DNA of 64,000 bases from a virus: positions 1 through 64,000 of the IMG/VR virus record IMGVR_UViG_3300007609_001486, one strand, 5' to 3'. The notes beneath the pieces are model-generated. The model was given only the letters and a program-made list of their open reading frames with translations, did no database searches and was not told where the DNA came from. Made by a program: the position numbers and the translations under genes. Position 1 is the first letter of the stretch. Each line of letters begins with the position of its first letter. Of this stretch, positions 37,118 through 47,242 are shown piece by piece.

Positions 37118-38074
37118 ATGAAGAAATTAAAAGTAGAAAGAGCATCTATAGAAATTTTTGGTGGCTGTAACTATAAATGCGTAATGTGTCCCCAGTCGAA
37201 AGGAAGGGGCTCGTCGTGGACTCGGAAAATGCCATTACCACATTTTGTAAAATTGCTCGATCAATTAGACGGCAATCCTCTTATACAATTAGAAGGTTCG
37301 GGAGAAGCGTTTCTTGCAAAAGACTTAGATTTATATATTGCTGAATGTTCTAAAAGAAATATGAAAACATTCGTTAAAACAAATGGCTCTTTCAACACAA
37401 CTCTTATGGATAAATGTCTAAAAGCGGGGTTGACGTACATCAGATTTAGCGTAATAGGGCATGACAGACTTTCATATAAGAAAAATATGTCTGTTGATAA
37501 CTTTGACTTGATCATGGATAATATAACATATTGTATTGATCAAATAAGAAAAAAGCATTACAATTGCGAAATTAGCATATATCACATTTTATTGTCTTCT
37601 GATGACGAGGAACTCCAAAAATATAAAACAATAGCAAAAAAACTAAACTGTAAATCATATGTTTGGAAAATGCACAATTGGAGCGGTAACATTGATAGTA
37701 AAAATAGAAAAATTGTTAATAAGCGCAGAACTTGTGGCCGACCTTTTGCTAATGAAATTACAATTAGAGCAGGAGGAGAACCGGGCAGATATGGTGCGGT
37801 AACACCCTGCGCACAAACACTAGGACCGCCCAATGAGACAAAGAGTGTATTAGGATATTCTGACAAAGAAAGTTTACATGATATATGGAATGGAGCTTTA
37901 TACAACGAACTAAGAGAAAAACATCTCAAGGAAGACTTTGATAATATAGATTATTGTAAAAAATGTGACTTTTTATATGATGATCCTGACGTGTTAGTTT
38001 GGACAAATGATGAGGCTACCGATGTAGGTGATATACAAGGGACTAGCCTAAATTTATTAAGGCATTTAAAATGA
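37118..38074 (+). CDS. Radical SAM protein with C-terminal SPASM/Twitch domain (rSAM #1)
   Basis: CNYKCVMC (CX3CX2C), GSGE, C-terminal CGRPF...PC...LG...IWNG...LRE...CKKC. Confidence 0.9.
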   Translation: MKKLKVERASIEIFGGCNYKCVMCPQSKGRGSSWTRKMPLPHFVKLLDQLDGNPLIQLEGSGEAFLAKDLDLYIAECSKRNMKTFVKTNGSFNTTLMDKCLKAGLTYIRFSVIGHDRLSYKKNMSVDNFDLIMDNITYCIDQIRKKHYNCEISIYHILLSSDDEELQKYKTIAKKLNCKSYVWKMHNWSGNIDSKNRKIVNKRRTCGRPFANEITIRAGGEPGRYGAVTPCAQTLGPPNETKSVLGYSDKESLHDIWNGALYNELREKHLKEDFDNIDYCKKCDFLYDDPDVLVWTNDEATDVGDIQGTSLNLLRHLK

Positions 38075-39021
38075 AACTTGACCGAGACATATCCGACTTA
38101 CCTCGTTTACCCAACGAAGCATACGAATGCTTCAAAAATTATTTCTTTTATTACTTACCAAAATACCCCACTAGAAATATCTTAAAACAAGCGTTATGGG
38201 ATCCAAACAGAGTGCCCGAATATGCTGAGCCTCACCGTTATTTAAATTTGGATTATAAAATGATGAAATTTTATCATACAGTGCCGGCGATAAAAAGTTA
38301 TGCAGAACAATTGTGGTTTTTAGTTTCAAGCATAGATCAAAAAGGAATACAAAGTCCATTATGTTCGGAGAATCTTAAAACTTTCCATCCTGGGGGTAAA
38401 AGGTATGCAATTGCAGGTTATTTAGATATTCCCACAATGCCTGTACTTTTACAATCAACCAAAAAAATTCAAGAATATAACAGTCGGCAATTGCATCATT
38501 TATTTGAAATTACAAATTTATATAATAATCAGTGTAGTATGAAAGTTAGAAAAGACACTGGTGCCTTGGAAGTTTCTTGGCATGGCGAAACTTCAATGCG
38601 TGACAATAATGGTTATGATGATTGGAGGAAAAAAGCAGACAATGTGCTATCAAATACGAATACGAATACAAATTTTAACATACCAAAGTTTTTGCTACAA
38701 AACGGACTAGATGTTGTTAATAAATTTAGGGTAGGAACAAAAATTGACGGTATTTTTAAGACAAATTATTGTAGGAAATCTAATAGCCCTATCAAAATTA
38801 TAATTGATGATATCAAGTATATTGATTTAGATTTGTGGGAGCTATATTTTCATATAGATCCCACTGTGCATTTGAAGGTAGATAAATCAAGTTACATACA
38901 GATTGTAAATGAAATTGCTTCTAAAGACATTGTTTATAATAACTGTAGATTATTAGAAACATTAACTAGAAAAAAAATTTTTACAGCAGAGACTGTGTTA
39001 CTAAACAGAAAAGGCAGATAA
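38071..39021 (+). CDS. Hypothetical protein, possible ParB/Srx-like N-terminal fold
   Basis: SIDQKGIQSPL...HPGGKRY.IA.YL.....PV resembles the ParB-N/sulfiredoxin pattern; weak match. Confidence 0.45.
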   Translation: MKLDRDISDLPRLPNEAYECFKNYFFYYLPKYPTRNILKQALWDPNRVPEYAEPHRYLNLDYKMMKFYHTVPAIKSYAEQLWFLVSSIDQKGIQSPLCSENLKTFHPGGKRYAIAGYLDIPTMPVLLQSTKKIQEYNSRQLHHLFEITNLYNNQCSMKVRKDTGALEVSWHGETSMRDNNGYDDWRKKADNVLSNTNTNTNFNIPKFLLQNGLDVVNKFRVGTKIDGIFKTNYCRKSNSPIKIIIDDIKYIDLDLWELYFHIDPTVHLKVDKSSYIQIVNEIASKDIVYNNCRLLETLTRKKIFTAETVLLNRKGR

Positions 39022-40103
39022 TGTATACATATGATGATATAAAAGAAGTTCATTTAGAAGTAACACAGCGGTGTCAAGCATCTTGTCCTATGTGTGACCG
39101 TAATATGAACGGCGGTGCAGATAATCCACATATAACAAACGCAGAACTAACACTTGCAGATTGCAAACGTATATTCAAACCAGAATTTATCAAACAATTA
39201 AAAACGATGTACATGTGCGGCAATTTAGGCGATCCTATTGTTGCTAGAGATACGCTGGATATTTTTAAATATTTCAGGCAGCATAATCCAAGCATGTGGC
39301 TCAGTATGAATACAAATGCAGGAGCAAGGGACGAAGACTGGTGGACTGAACTAGCTGATACATTGGGAAGAATGGGTGCTGTCATTTTTAGTGTAGACGG
39401 ACTGAAAGACACTAATCATATATATAGGCAAGGAGTGAATTGGGAAATCGTAGAAAGGTCAATGCAGTCATTTATAAGGGCAGGCGGCCGAGCTAGGTGG
39501 GATTTTTTAATTTTTCAACACAATGAACATCAGGTCGAAGAAGCAGAACAACTTGCAAGATCCTGGGGAGTAGAAAGATTTATAAAAAAGAAATCAGGCA
39601 GATTTGTTACATCAGATATTAAACCAAAAGAACTGCATCAAGCAATTAACAGAAAAGGTGAACATACGGCCAAAATAGCAAAGCCAAGTAAAGAAGTTAA
39701 TGTTAATCTTGCGTTACAAAAGCAAAAAGAAATTGAAAAAACATATGGTAGTATGAAAGAGTATCTTAACAAATGTTCAATTAATTGCAAGGTTGCAGAA
39801 CAAGGTAGTATATTCATAACGGCAGAAGGTTTACTGATGCCATGCTGTTGGACAGCAGGTCGTATGTACAAATGGTGGCACCAAGATCCTAGGGTAGAGC
39901 AAATTTGGGATCACATAGAAATGGCCGGCGGCAAAGAGGGCATAAACGTAATAAATAACGATATACAAGATGTAATTAATGGTAACCTAATAAAAAGTAT
40001 TAGTGATAGCTGGTCGCTCACTGGAGTGGAAAATGGAAAATTAGGAGTTTGCGCTCAGAAGTGCGGTTCCGATTTTGATCCATTTTCTGAACAGTTCAAA
40101 TAA
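39021..40103 (+). CDS. Radical SAM protein, subfamily B (rSAM #2)
   Basis: HLEVTQRCQASCPMCDR, CGNLGDP, FSVDGL...YR, HNEHQ, C-terminal C...PCC...C..KC. Confidence 0.9.
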   Translation: MYTYDDIKEVHLEVTQRCQASCPMCDRNMNGGADNPHITNAELTLADCKRIFKPEFIKQLKTMYMCGNLGDPIVARDTLDIFKYFRQHNPSMWLSMNTNAGARDEDWWTELADTLGRMGAVIFSVDGLKDTNHIYRQGVNWEIVERSMQSFIRAGGRARWDFLIFQHNEHQVEEAEQLARSWGVERFIKKKSGRFVTSDIKPKELHQAINRKGEHTAKIAKPSKEVNVNLALQKQKEIEKTYGSMKEYLNKCSINCKVAEQGSIFITAEGLLMPCCWTAGRMYKWWHQDPRVEQIWDHIEMAGGKEGINVINNDIQDVINGNLIKSISDSWSLTGVENGKLGVCAQKCGSDFDPFSEQFK

Positions 40104-41329
40104 AATTCTCTAAGTTCAGGAAACGTAGATGTAAAATCTGTGTTTCTCAGCGCATCAAATTTTTGTAGACTGCTAGCAAATCTAGTTTTTGCAACATGTA
40201 ATTTATTATCAGCTTCTCTTGTGTTTAGAAATGATTTAAGATGTGCTATATTCCAAGAATTGTTTCCTTGTATAATATTATTCAAAATATCTAGTTGTTG
40301 ATTGGCTTGTGCAAATAATTCTTCGTCTACCTGTAAAAACTTTGCAGTGTATGGTAAAGGATCGTACCAAGGATTTATTTTTCTATCTCTTCGGTCGACT
40401 TTAGTATTGTCGTCATACCATTGATATAGTTCTGCCAAGTGTAGTGCATTAAATACACTATAACAAGTTTGAATATTTACATTAACATTTGCATTTTGCA
40501 AATTATTCAAAGTTTCTAACCATTTCTGCTGTTTTAGTCCGTAACGAACATATTCACCTTGTTTGCCATGTCCGTCGTGGCTGATAGTTATAATGCACTT
40601 TTTACCCCATCTTGCGAGGTAGTCGTCAATAATGTTTATGCTTTTGTATTTGCTTATACTGCCATTAGTGTGAGACCAGATTGTAATTTTTTTATGAAGA
40701 TTGTGTTTTATCATTATTTCTAAAAGCTCATGGACATCTTCTTGCATAAAAGGTTCGCCGCCGTTTAGATGTATTTTTTCTATACTGTCTTGATGCTTTA
40801 GAATATAGTCTATTTTATTATCATTATTATTTCTCCATAATTTTGAATTTAGACTATCGCTATTGCATCCGTGTGCTAAGGCAAAAGCCTCGTTATAATT
40901 TTGTGCAATAGTGCTAGATAGTTCTCCATTACAACCAAGGCATGCAAAGTTACATTTATTGGTCCATAAAAAATCTAACATCACTGGAAATTGTTGCTGC
41001 ATATACCCGGTTGAATCGGTTGCAATTATTGCCTCTTTAATTTTCGATCTTCCAAATTTATTAGAGGCATCTCTTACATCTGCAATTGAGCCTGTTTCTT
41101 TTTCAAAATTAGAACATGTATCGCATTCTTTAGGGAAAGTATTGTTGAGGAAAGATTTTCTGATATTCTTAAATTTCTCATTGTTAACAATAGATTCTAG
41201 ATCTGCTTGATGTGTAGATCCTAATTCTGTATACATTGCACAACATGCAGTTACTTTACCAAACTGTCCTTCGTATAGAGAAGTAAATGGCGCAGCACAA
41301 AACTTGTCGCCCATTTTGTTAGATACCAT
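40055..41329 (-). CDS. Radical SAM protein with N-terminal Twitch-like domain (rSAM #3)
   Basis: CAAPF...CC...C..C precedes CNFACLGC; GGEPF; TNG; C-terminal TFPEL. Confidence 0.9.
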   Translation of the reverse strand: MVSNKMGDKFCAAPFTSLYEGQFGKVTACCAMYTELGSTHQADLESIVNNEKFKNIRKSFLNNTFPKECDTCSNFEKETGSIADVRDASNKFGRSKIKEAIIATDSTGYMQQQFPVMLDFLWTNKCNFACLGCNGELSSTIAQNYNEAFALAHGCNSDSLNSKLWRNNNDNKIDYILKHQDSIEKIHLNGGEPFMQEDVHELLEIMIKHNLHKKITIWSHTNGSISKYKSINIIDDYLARWGKKCIITISHDGHGKQGEYVRYGLKQQKWLETLNNLQNANVNVNIQTCYSVFNALHLAELYQWYDDNTKVDRRDRKINPWYDPLPYTAKFLQVDEELFAQANQQLDILNNIIQGNNSWNIAHLKSFLNTREADNKLHVAKTRFASSLQKFDALRNTDFTSTFPELREFYLNCSENGSKSEPHF

Positions 41330-41350
41330 AAAAATAATTTCCTTAAATAC

Positions 41351-41379
41351 TTGACCTAAATATTTATAAAGTGTATTAT
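41351..41379 (+). promoter_or_regulatory. sigma70-type promoter for the split rSAM gene
   Basis: TTGACC (41351-41356), 17 bp, TATTAT (41374-41379); ATG 41386 lies at about the expected +1. Confidence 0.6.
41361..41368 (-). promoter_or_regulatory. Perfect T4 late promoter consensus TATAAATA for the minus-strand rSAM #3
   Basis: Plus-strand tatttata reads TATAAATA on the minus strand; AAGGA SD lies between it and ATG 41329. Confidence 0.6.
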
Positions 41380-41385
41380 AGTGTA

Positions 41386-42463
41386 ATGTTTGAATTAGAG
41401 TCTCTTAATAAAATTGAATTAGAAATTACTAGTAATTGTAATGCTGCTTGTCCGGGTTGTGCAAGAACGCTTAATCCTGATAAATTTTCAATCAATACGA
41501 TAACTTTTGCCGATATAAAACAAATGTTCCCTTCACGTAGCACAATCGAAGGTAAAAAATTTAAATTCTGCGGAGTTTTAGGAGATCCTGCTTTTAATAA
41601 AGAATGTGTAGATATGGTAGATTACCTAGTTTCGTATGACGGGTTTTGTGAAATTAGCACAAACGGAGGAATACAGTCGGCCGACTGGTGGTCTAAATTA
41701 GGCAAAATAGCCTCAAGTAGTCCTAACTTACTCCATATACATTTTTGCGTCGACGGTTACAAAGAAACTAATCATATATATCGTGTTAACACAATATATG
41801 ATGTTATTGATAGAAATATGCAAGCATTTTGTGATTCAGCTCCTCCTAATCACGCTAGTTGGATTTATATAGTATTCGATCATAATGAACACGAATTACT
41901 ATTAGCTGAACAACGTGCAAAAGAATTAAATTTTATGTTTGCAACTAGAACCGGTATGCGTAATAGTTACAACGAATGGATTGCTCAAATTAAGAAGAAA
42001 AAAAATGTCTAACAAAATAATAATAACAACAACAGGTTCTAAAGAACACAGTAAAAAAGATATAGTACAAGAACTAGATAATTTTATTAAAGAATATGAA
42101 GATCATAACCTTGATGAGGAAAAACTCAAAGAAGTTCTTAATAGTATTGTATGCAAATATGTGCACGAAGGAGAAATTTTTATTGCTAGCGATAAAACAG
42201 TTTGGCCGTGCTGCTTTCTCTGGGATAGTTATTTTAGAAACAAAGACAATATAAAAGAAACATTTTCTGACTTTAGAGAAAACTGGAATAGTTTACAGGA
42301 AAATAACATTGATGATATTTTGTCTCATCCTTGGTTTAAAACCATACTAGGAGAAAGTTGGGACCCTCGACACCCCAAGCATATTAGTCGTTGTATTAGA
42401 ACGTGTGCTAAGAATAAAGCATACCACAATGAAATAAATTACAAAGATACCACGAACAAATAA
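41386..42463 (+). pseudogene. Radical SAM subfamily B gene split by a frameshift in an A8 tract (rSAM #4): core 41386..42012 and SPASM-like half 42005..42463
   Basis: The N-half has ELEITSNCNAACPGCAR and CGVLGDP. The C-half has C...IFI...VWPCC...C.RTC. Paralogs 39021 and 50121 carry both halves in one ORF. Removing one A from 41998-42005 fuses the frames. Confidence 0.7.
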
Positions 42464-42481
42464 CATACTGATGTATAAAGG

Positions 42482-42487
42482 TAAGTA
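42482..42487 (+). promoter_or_regulatory. Late-box variant TAAGTA, 5 nt before ATG 42493
   Basis: TAAGTA-aattt-ATG, the same spacing as at 3871 and 54648. Confidence 0.45.
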
Positions 42488-42492
42488 AATTT

Positions 42493-43905
42493 ATGAAAAA
42501 TAAAATATCCGATACCTGGTGCATTCTGCCCTGGGTACATTTAAGCACTCGGCCTGATGGAAGTATGAGGGTATGTTGTACAGCAAATGCAAGTTCGGTA
42601 GGTCCTACTAACGATAAAGAACACGGCGGACAAGTTGGTATACTAAAAACTGAAGACGGAAAACCTAACAATCTAAATGTAAGCGACTTTGAAACAGCAT
42701 GGAATAGCACATACATGCGCAATGTGCGCAAACAAATGCTTAATGGCGAAATACCTCCGAGTTGTGTGAAATGTTTTAAAGAAGAAGCAGCCGGTCATAA
42801 CAGTAAAAGAATGTGGGAAACACACTACTGGAGCCAACGAGTTGATGTAGATAAGTTAATTCAAAATACTGCCGAGGACGGTAGTGTTCCTCCTCAGTTG
42901 GCATATATTGATTTGCGATTTGGTACTAAGTGTCAATTAGCGTGTGTAATGTGTTCTCCCCATGACAGTTCGGGCTGGATTAAAGACTATAAAGCAATTT
43001 TTCCAGCAGTAGAAAATGCATCACTAAAAGAAACTATGCAGTGGCAGGACAAAGGAAGTTATAACGGAAGTAGTTATAATTGGCATAAACAGAATCCTGT
43101 ATTCTGGGAGCAGTTCTATGAGCAAATGCCAAATATGCAGCAAATTTATTTTGCAGGCGGCGAAAGTCTTATTATCGAAGAGCATTACGAAATATTAGAG
43201 CATGCAATAAAAATGGGATATGCGAAAGATCTTGAATTGCGTTATAATTCGAATGGTGTCGAATGGCGAGAAGATTTATTTGATTTGTGGAAAGAGTTTA
43301 AATTAGTTCGATTCCATTATAGTGTTGATAGTATACACAAAATGAATGACTATATTCGTTATCCAAGCAAATGGGACAGAACACGAGAAGTGTTCCATAT
43401 TTTAGATAAAGAAACATCAAATAATGTCGAAGTTACTGTTGCTTGTGCAGTACAAGCATTAAACATTTATTATATTCCTGATTTCATTCGTTGGAAACTA
43501 GAAGAAGGATTTAATAAAATTAACATGTGGCCATTTGGAGCGGGCGGTGTTAACTATCATTTTGTATATCATCCTCCGCACTTAAATGTTAAAGTATTAC
43601 CCAAATGGTTTAAAGAAGAAGTACGCAGAAAATATGAAGAATTTTATCCATGGTGGGAAGAAAATTGGGAATTAGGTGTCCCTAATTGGCATCGAGGCAA
43701 AGTTACAAAGGAACAGTTTATGGAAGCAGGATATGGGATTAAACGCTTGAAAGGAATGCTACAGTTTATGGAAAGTGAAGACTGGAGTATACGTTTACCT
43801 GAAATGAAAGAATTTTTAGATTTATGCGATAAACAGCGCGGAATAACATTTGCAGAAACATTTCCAGAGATGAAAAATATTTTTAGTGAGGACCCTAATG
43901 TTTGA
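42493..43905 (+). CDS. N-terminal-Twitch radical SAM protein (rSAM #5)
   Basis: CILPW...RVCC...WNS...R..ML....PSCVKC, then DLRFGTKCQLACVMC, FAGGE, YIRYPSKW, TFPE. Confidence 0.92.
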   Translation: MKNKISDTWCILPWVHLSTRPDGSMRVCCTANASSVGPTNDKEHGGQVGILKTEDGKPNNLNVSDFETAWNSTYMRNVRKQMLNGEIPPSCVKCFKEEAAGHNSKRMWETHYWSQRVDVDKLIQNTAEDGSVPPQLAYIDLRFGTKCQLACVMCSPHDSSGWIKDYKAIFPAVENASLKETMQWQDKGSYNGSSYNWHKQNPVFWEQFYEQMPNMQQIYFAGGESLIIEEHYEILEHAIKMGYAKDLELRYNSNGVEWREDLFDLWKEFKLVRFHYSVDSIHKMNDYIRYPSKWDRTREVFHILDKETSNNVEVTVACAVQALNIYYIPDFIRWKLEEGFNKINMWPFGAGGVNYHFVYHPPHLNVKVLPKWFKEEVRRKYEEFYPWWEENWELGVPNWHRGKVTKEQFMEAGYGIKRLKGMLQFMESEDWSIRLPEMKEFLDLCDKQRGITFAETFPEMKNIFSEDPNV

Positions 43906-44725
43906 AGATAATAATCTACTTTACAAAGACTTACATGAAAACTTAATCAAAGAAACAATTAGTGGTTTAGATATCTATCTAGATCCAAACTGGAAAAAAA
44001 TTGCAGTAAATCTCAGTGGCGGTGCAGACAGTGCATTACTAACCTATATAGTTTGCAGTATCATTAAAAAATACAAACTCAACATTCGAGTAAATGTTAT
44101 TACATACCAAAGATGCTGGACAACTAGACCTTGGCAAGGATGGTGGAGTATACAGGTTTATAACAAGCTAAAAAGTTATTTTCCAAATATTATTGCAGAT
44201 AGAATTACAAATTATATTCCTCCTGAATTAGAATATGGAGTTTCTGGACCTATTATAGACGGTAGAAGTGGAGATCAAATTATTGTTGGAAGTTTCAATA
44301 AATTTGCTGCATGGGAATATAATCTAGATGCAATTTTTAATGCTACAAGTAAGAACCCTGATAACGATACTAGAAGTGATAGAATGAATAATAGAGACGG
44401 TGATGCTGCTAGTGGAAATGTAAAAGATGTGTGGTCTCATAACGATACATTAAATGTTGTATTGGCGCATCCGTTTAAATATGTACAAAAGGATTGGATA
44501 GTAACACAATATCATGTGTTAGATATTATAGAATTGTACGATACAACAAGAAGTTGCGAGGGAGACATTAATCTTCATTCAGAAATTAAAAGAGCAGTAC
44601 CCTCGGCGACTGATTATGTAGAAGGCATGAAGATTCCAACTTGTGGAGAATGTTGGTGGTGTTACGAACGAGAATGGGCAGAGAGTAGAGTACAAACAAT
44701 GATGGAAGCTCTTAACAATGTCTGA
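43898..44725 (+). CDS. QueC-like PP-loop ATPase (7-cyano-7-deazaguanine synthase-like fold)
   Basis: LSGGADS PP-loop; C-terminal TRSC...CGECWWCYER Zn-site pattern. Start moved to ATG 43898, which follows GAGGA. Confidence 0.7.
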   Translation: MFEDNNLLYKDLHENLIKETISGLDIYLDPNWKKIAVNLSGGADSALLTYIVCSIIKKYKLNIRVNVITYQRCWTTRPWQGWWSIQVYNKLKSYFPNIIADRITNYIPPELEYGVSGPIIDGRSGDQIIVGSFNKFAAWEYNLDAIFNATSKNPDNDTRSDRMNNRDGDAASGNVKDVWSHNDTLNVVLAHPFKYVQKDWIVTQYHVLDIIELYDTTRSCEGDINLHSEIKRAVPSATDYVEGMKIPTCGECWWCYEREWAESRVQTMMEALNNV

Positions 44726-46037
44726 CACATTTTGTCCTATACCTTGGATATTTCAGGCTGCTAGGGCAAACGGAGATCTGCGAGTTTGTTGTCAAGCCAA
44801 TGTTACAGAAAATAGGGGCGTAATACGGAAATCCAACGGGAATGCTTACAATGCGGGATCGGATGACTTAGACGAAGCAAGAAACGCAGATATTATGAAA
44901 GAAATGCGTATTAACATGCTCCAAGGTGTTTGGAATAACGAATGCGGAAGATGCAAAGCAGAGGAAGAAGCAGGTCTAAATAGTAGAAGACAATACGAAA
45001 ATGAAAATTGGAATTTTTCTGTTCAAGATGCAGCATTAGTGACTGATGCAGATGGCACAATTGATGTAGAACAATCTCCTGTCCAATATTATGATTTACG
45101 GTTTGGAAATTTTTGTAATCTAAAATGCCGTATGTGCGGACCAACCGATAGCAATGCCTGGTACGATGATTGGATTAAACTTACAGGTTCTAATTTTTTT
45201 AAAGAAACAAGCGGCAATGTAGAAATAAAAGAAGTAAACGGAAAATTGTGTGCGAGCGAATATGACTGGCCCAATCATGAACCGTTTTGGGAATATCTTG
45301 AAAAACATATTGAAAACATTGGACATATCTATTTTGCCGGCGGCGAGCCAATGTTGATTGAACGTCATTATGATTTCCTACAACGCTGTATAGATCAAGG
45401 ACATGCAAAGAATATAATTATTGAATACAATACTAATATGAGTACACTACCGCCTAGAGTATCAAAGATGTGGGAGAGTTTTAAACAAGTTCGTGTTGGC
45501 GCAAGCGTCGACGGTTACGGTAAAGTTTTAGAGTATCAAAGATATCCTGCAAAGTGGGAAAAAATATATAAAAACTTGCAAACGCTAGACGCTATGCCAA
45601 AAAATATCTATGGGTGGTTAGCGTTTACTGTTACAGCATACAATGTAAATCATATGATAGATTTTATGAAATGGAAACTGACTGAAAGTGGATTTACGAC
45701 TATCAATAGTACATTAAAACGTCCTGTTATTACGCATCATGTTGCTCATCATCCTAAGCACCTGAATATTAGAGTCTTGCCAGAAGATGCAAAACAAAAA
45801 TTAACAAAACGTTTTGAAGAATTTATAAAATGGATTAATGATAATAATTTTGAAAGCCATGTGGTAAAACATGCTACAGATATAGCAACTGGTGTTTGTA
45901 ATTATATGAATTCTGAAAGTTATTACGACACACATTGGAACGAATTTAAAACTTATACGAAGAAGCTAGATACCATGCGTAACGAAAGTTTATTTGAAAT
46001 AGAACCTGCATTTAAGGAATATATAGATGAGTTTTGA
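44718..46037 (+). CDS. N-terminal-Twitch radical SAM protein (rSAM #6)
   Basis: CPIPW...RVCC...CGRC, then DLRFGNFCNLKCRMC, FAGGEP, YNTN. Confidence 0.92.
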   Translation: MSDTFCPIPWIFQAARANGDLRVCCQANVTENRGVIRKSNGNAYNAGSDDLDEARNADIMKEMRINMLQGVWNNECGRCKAEEEAGLNSRRQYENENWNFSVQDAALVTDADGTIDVEQSPVQYYDLRFGNFCNLKCRMCGPTDSNAWYDDWIKLTGSNFFKETSGNVEIKEVNGKLCASEYDWPNHEPFWEYLEKHIENIGHIYFAGGEPMLIERHYDFLQRCIDQGHAKNIIIEYNTNMSTLPPRVSKMWESFKQVRVGASVDGYGKVLEYQRYPAKWEKIYKNLQTLDAMPKNIYGWLAFTVTAYNVNHMIDFMKWKLTESGFTTINSTLKRPVITHHVAHHPKHLNIRVLPEDAKQKLTKRFEEFIKWINDNNFESHVVKHATDIATGVCNYMNSESYYDTHWNEFKTYTKKLDTMRNESLFEIEPAFKEYIDEF

Positions 46038-47238
46038 TACAATTGATTTACTTACAGGGGGAGTATTTCAGGTAACTTGGGATACAGGTCGTAGATGTAA
46101 TTACGATTGTTCATACTGCCCCGCAATACGGCACGATAATTTTTCTCCGCATGCAACATTAGAAGAATTAAAAAATAACACAGACTTCCTATTTGAATAT
46201 ATTGACTTGCATATGCAGTATAGAAAATATAAGTCTGCTAATATAGGGTTTACTGGAGGAGAGCCCACCGTTAATCCTAATTTTATTCCATTTGCCAAAT
46301 ACCTTAAAACAGAATACGAAAACAAATACAGAGATAAATGGAACTGCGGATTTGCGCTTACGACAAATGGTGCAATGGGTAAAAAAATGGCCAATGCGGT
46401 CATGGAAAACTTTGGCTTTGCAACAGTTAGTTATCATGCTGAGAGTGATAACAAATTAAAACAGCAGGTTAGAGACAGAATTATGCAATTCCATACCGAA
46501 GGACCTGACCACAATTTTGGTGTTAGTGTTAATGTAATGTTTCATGCAGCCTACTTTGACGAATGTAAAGACCTATGTGATTTCCTACATGATAATGGTG
46601 TTAAATATGTGCCTCGTGTAATAGGAGAAGAACCAGGAAGTCGAAGTAATTTTGCTCACACCTATTCAGACGATCAACTTGATTACATGAAAAATTATTG
46701 GCAATACAAAAATGCTGAATTAAATGGAGAGAAAGAAGTTTCAGACCGTCTTAGGGCCACAGGCGAACCGACTCCAGAAGAAATAAAAGCCAAAGAATTA
46801 GAAATAATAAAGAAAAAAGAATCCGAAAAGAAAGGTTATAAAATAGGAAGGCCGTGTTGCGGAAGCAGAGAAATGTGTCTAAGTAACGCGGGCGAAAGCA
46901 GAAAGAGTACTTTCGTTGACTTTAGAGAGTTTAAAGGTTGGCATTGCAGTGTAAATTGGTTCTTCCTGCATCTAGAGCAACAAACAGATAGTGTATTCCA
47001 TCATCAAACCTGTCAAGCAAGGTTTGATAAAACTAGAGGGCCTATAGGAAAAATTAGTGAAGGAAAAAAACTTATAGCCCAATTAAAACAACAAATGGAA
47101 AGCGGAACTTTACCTACTGTGATATGTCCTAAACATACATGCGGATGCGGATTATGTGCACCTAAAAGCCAGTATGAAGAGAATTACTACGATGTTATTA
47201 AAGGTCATATAGATACAAATATTATTGGAAAAGCATAA
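46027..47238 (+). CDS. Radical SAM protein, subfamily C (rSAM #7)
   Basis: VTWDTGRRCNYDCSYC, FTGGEPT, TTNG, C-terminal FKGWHC...C...CPKHTCGCGLC. Confidence 0.9.
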   Translation: MSFDTIDLLTGGVFQVTWDTGRRCNYDCSYCPAIRHDNFSPHATLEELKNNTDFLFEYIDLHMQYRKYKSANIGFTGGEPTVNPNFIPFAKYLKTEYENKYRDKWNCGFALTTNGAMGKKMANAVMENFGFATVSYHAESDNKLKQQVRDRIMQFHTEGPDHNFGVSVNVMFHAAYFDECKDLCDFLHDNGVKYVPRVIGEEPGSRSNFAHTYSDDQLDYMKNYWQYKNAELNGEKEVSDRLRATGEPTPEEIKAKELEIIKKKESEKKGYKIGRPCCGSREMCLSNAGESRKSTFVDFREFKGWHCSVNWFFLHLEQQTDSVFHHQTCQARFDKTRGPIGKISEGKKLIAQLKQQMESGTLPTVICPKHTCGCGLCAPKSQYEENYYDVIKGHIDTNIIGKA

Positions 47239-47242
47239 AGTT

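Noticed and set aside
38653-38673. Short tandem repeat aatacg encoding NTNTNTN
   Set aside because: Only about three units, in frame, with no sign of a functional contingency locus.
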